Shown: piece by piece, positions 60,954 to 64,000 of the stretch | How positions within the stretch are numbered: the stretch's first letter is position 1 | Layout: each line of letters starts with the position of its first letter | Origin: an uncultured virus (IMG/VR IMGVR_UViG_3300028601_000024) | Taxonomy: Duplodnaviria; Heunggongvirae; Uroviricota; Caudoviricetes | DNA length: 64,000 nucleotides | IMG/VR virus record: IMGVR_UViG_3300028601_000024 | Strand: one strand, 5' to 3' | Program-made: the position numbers and the translations under genes | Notes under the pieces: generated by a model | Told to the model about the DNA's origin: nothing | The model's database searches: none | The model's input: the letters and a program-made list of their open reading frames with translations, nothing else

Positions 60954-62128
60954 TAAAGCATTTCACAAAGATTCAAAACACTTCCACGGTACAGTTGTAC
61001 AGATATTATCAGATACTCAAATATTGATAAAAAACTCAAAGGATGAATTTCAAACAGTTTATTCAAAAGATTATGTTACTCAAGAGGAAAAGAAAGTTGA
61101 GGGAATACGTATTGCTAAAAAATATTCAAAAGAATTATATCTTCATTTTAAAAACAATGATTACGATATATTAGATACATGGGAAAAGTTTAAAAAAGAA
61201 TTTGATAAGCTTGCTGGGTTATCACCTACTTTTTCTAAGAAAAGTAAATTTGATGATCAATTTTCCCATGTTGTAAATTTCGTTCCAGATGGGTATTATT
61301 TAAGTAAAAATCTTTTTACAAAAGAAGAAGCTTTAATTGAATTTCAAGAGACTTTGGGTAAAGAAATTAAAATTGATGAAATTAGTGAACAATATGTTCG
61401 ATTTCAACCAACACCAGAAGAACTTCGAGGAGAGTTAGATACTAAGATGGCATAGATAGTGTGTAATAAAACAGATAGAAATGCTCAGCCTTGTTGGAGA
61501 TATTTATGAATACATCCAATATTCAAGTACCAAGTTATCAAATACTTGAAAGTTTAAGAAAAGTAGTAAAATACTATTTACTTAATCCAGATTATGATAT
61601 GTTTATGTCCAGATTAAAATTTTTAAGAGACACTGCTCTAAAATTTAAACATGAAAGTTTACTAGACACAATCGATCATGAAATTACATTATTAGAAAAT
61701 GGCGATTATGGTATATGTGATGCACCTGAATTACATTCTAATGGACTATTATAGTCTTATAAAATAAAAAATAAAAATAAGGAAAATAAAATGAAAAAAA
61801 TAATAATTACAATAATGATGAGTTTAGTGATGAGTGCAACACTAGTTGCTGAATATGTTATTGATATTAGTAAATATCCAGTGTTATTTTCAAATAGTAG
61901 AAGTGAGTGTATACACATTGCTCGTTTTAAATTAAATGATTTAAATAATATGATGGAATATTTTGAACACCCATCCACTCAGATGATAACTCAAAATAAA
62001 GATTATGTAAAAGTAGGATCATATTATGATGGTGGATATGAAGAATTGTATTTCTTTACAAATGAAGAAGTTTGTAGTAACTATGCAGGATATATTGCCA
62101 TCATTAATGATAGTGCAAAGTATAGATA

Positions 62129-62707
62129 ATGTTGGGTAATAAAAGATTACTATTTGAAAAATTACAATCTCAAATAGAAAAAGACAAAACCCCAGTTTAC
62201 ATCGTAAAAAGAGGAGATGATAGTTATCCATACCTTTGTACTTTCTCATGGGATGACGCATATAACATGTATCTACGTGAAACGAAGAATGCTAATTTTC
62301 CATACATTGAGATAATTAATGTTCAGGATAATATAAATTCCTCATGTCAATTTGGTGCTCCTGCGAGCACAATATATTTTAGTCTTATGAATAATGGTGA
62401 TGTGATTAAACATTCTAATGATTCAAGAGAATTAGTCTTATCCTCAAATTGGGATAATGTAAAGCATGAATCAGGTACAGTATTGCCATATGATTCAATT
62501 AATGGTTTTTATTCATTCCAACCAGTATGGTGTTGGAGTGATAGAATATTTCCACAATTATCTTTTTGGGATGTAAAATCTAGTAAACCTATAAATGCTA
62601 ACAACAATTATTATGTTGTTGAAAGTGTACCAGTTGATGATTTAAAGAATATGAAATATGCACATGAGTATTTTTTAAAACTGATAAAGGAAAACCATGA
62701 TTGTTAA
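62129..62707 (+). CDS. Hypothetical protein
   Basis: 192-aa ORF. Confidence 0.55.
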   Translation: MLGNKRLLFEKLQSQIEKDKTPVYIVKRGDDSYPYLCTFSWDDAYNMYLRETKNANFPYIEIINVQDNINSSCQFGAPASTIYFSLMNNGDVIKHSNDSRELVLSSNWDNVKHESGTVLPYDSINGFYSFQPVWCWSDRIFPQLSFWDVKSSKPINANNNYYVVESVPVDDLKNMKYAHEYFLKLIKENHDC

Positions 62708-62928
62708 AAGAATCAAAGAAATTCCACCCGATTTAAAACCAAAAATAGTTCGAAGATTCGCATTCTTTCCAACTTGGGTAATTGATAAAAATATTAAACA
62801 TATCTATCACCATCAAGAAAAATATGTATTAATATGGTTAGAGTATTATTATCAGGAATATTATCCGGATAAAGTAAGTAAGAAATTATTTGGAAAAACT
62901 TATACAGTAAGTAAATTCAAAGCAGATA

Positions 62929-63330
62929 ATGAAAGAAGATACAAAGATTAAATGTTTAACATCTAATTCTAAAGAATTTATAAGTAACAGATTTTCAGAT
63001 TTTAAAGAAAATGCTAAATCTGAATTGAAGTTATTATTACTAATTGCATTAGTAAGTATTGGAGTTTTTATAGGGTTATTTATTACGATGATAATTACCG
63101 GATTATTATCGCAAATAATTAGTATGATTATTTACGGAACTCTACAATCATGGGTCCCTATTACATTAAGAGAAATGGGAAATTTTACATTTACAATTTT
63201 AGTTATTCTTGCAATTGTAATATTTATTATAAATATAATAAATACATGGCGCATTAAGATTGTAAGTATCTATAAATATTTACAATTTGAAGAGTGTGAA
63301 AAGGATCAGAATGAGATTATACCTAAGTGA
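62929..63330 (+). CDS. Membrane protein
   Basis: Two to three hydrophobic segments. Confidence 0.6.
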   Translation: MKEDTKIKCLTSNSKEFISNRFSDFKENAKSELKLLLLIALVSIGVFIGLFITMIITGLLSQIISMIIYGTLQSWVPITLREMGNFTFTILVILAIVIFIINIINTWRIKIVSIYKYLQFEECEKDQNEIIPK

Positions 63331-63463
63331 GTTTTTTGATATAAAAGATTTCTGGAAAAACACAAAAGAAATATTGTAATTCAAAAATATGTAGACACAG
63401 ACTTGTGTTCAATTTTTTGGCTTAGAATTTAAATTAGATTAAAATAACATCATAAGGAATAAT

Positions 63464-64000
63464 ATGCAACAGTTTGCACACAATGTAAGTGAAAAGTTTA
63501 AAAATCTCCAAGGAGAATTATATGTCGTTGATGTATCAAAAGATGAACTTTACCAATTCTATCTAGATAGTTTTCCACAAGGAACCAATGAAATTTTTAG
63601 AGAAAGAAGAGCATATGAATGTAGCGCATGTGGTAATTTTATTAAAAATTTAGGCAATGTAATTGCATTAGATAATGATGGTAATTATATTACTGTCTGG
63701 GATATCCCTGAAGTCGATACAGATTATCACAATATTGTTGCAAATAAAATGCATCATTTTATCTTGAGCAAACCTATTATTAGTGTATTTCGTTCAAGTG
63801 AAAAGCAGTACGGCTTAGTAAAAAATTTCGAAGAGGGAGAAAATCAGAATTATGTTTGGCATCACTTTTTTGGAGAAGTACCCGAAAGATGTTATAATCT
63901 CAGTCCGGGCGAATCAAGAGAAGAAAGTAATGTTAAAGCTAGAGTTCTTCAAAGTGGTTTAGATTTAATTAAAGATGAAAGTATTGATATTGTTCTTGAT
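63464..64000 (+). CDS. Partial conserved phage protein (runs off the window)
   Basis: RBS + MQQFAHNV...YLDSFPQGTNEIFRERRAYECSACGNFIKNLG, open to the window end. Confidence 0.7.
   Translation, partial: MQQFAHNVSEKFKNLQGELYVVDVSKDELYQFYLDSFPQGTNEIFRERRAYECSACGNFIKNLGNVIALDNDGNYITVWDIPEVDTDYHNIVANKMHHFILSKPIISVFRSSEKQYGLVKNFEEGENQNYVWHHFFGEVPERCYNLSPGESREESNVKARVLQSGLDLIKDESIDIVLD

Noticed and set aside
7724..62261. Short antisense or overlapping ORFs in the track (e.g. 7724, 7854, 13027, 13434, 17294, 26161, 34559, 38409, 39543, 48373, 51642, 60042) and ORFs over tRNAs (12203, 12211, 12548)
   Set aside because: Shadow frames of real genes, repeats or RNAs; no RBS or recognisable motifs
1..64000. 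Stop-codon reassignment
   Set aside because: Long conserved genes are intact under code 11, genes end with all three stop codons, and there is no suppressor tRNA

Overview
AT-rich segment of a large lytic (jumbo-like) phage genome. The host is probably a Campylobacterota species, inferred from AAGGA ribosome-binding sites, an IS605 with divergent tnpA/tnpB and an LPP20-like lipoprotein. Positions 1-35.3 kb are almost all on the minus strand. They carry shuffled virion-protein paralogs, a multisubunit RNA polymerase in six pieces, a tRNA/ncRNA cluster, HU, two nested IS605 elements inside a ferritin-like gene and a ParM-like actin. They also carry an intein-containing SF2 helicase, an 850-bp palindromic non-coding locus, Tad2- and Acb1-like anti-defence genes, endonuclease VII, a primase-helicase and an IS607 remnant. 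Positions 35.5-64 kb are on the plus strand and hold small early/accessory genes (QueC, ThyX, RNase HI, a phosphoesterase, Trp-repeat paralogs). Main finding: the RNAP beta' catalytic DxDGD motif is cut in two by what appears to be a naturally split intein. One gene ends LGGD plus a 34-aa IntN; another carries a 316-aa IntC followed by SDGD. The two halves are in permuted order on either side of the primase, so the active site would form only by protein trans-splicing. Other notable items: an RNA in the tRNA cluster that mimics the 23S rRNA L11-binding domain, three promoter/structured-leader cassettes with compensatory base changes that drive tiny acidic proteins, and a composite promoter-operator motif. 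All family assignments come from reading motifs by eye; no searches were run.
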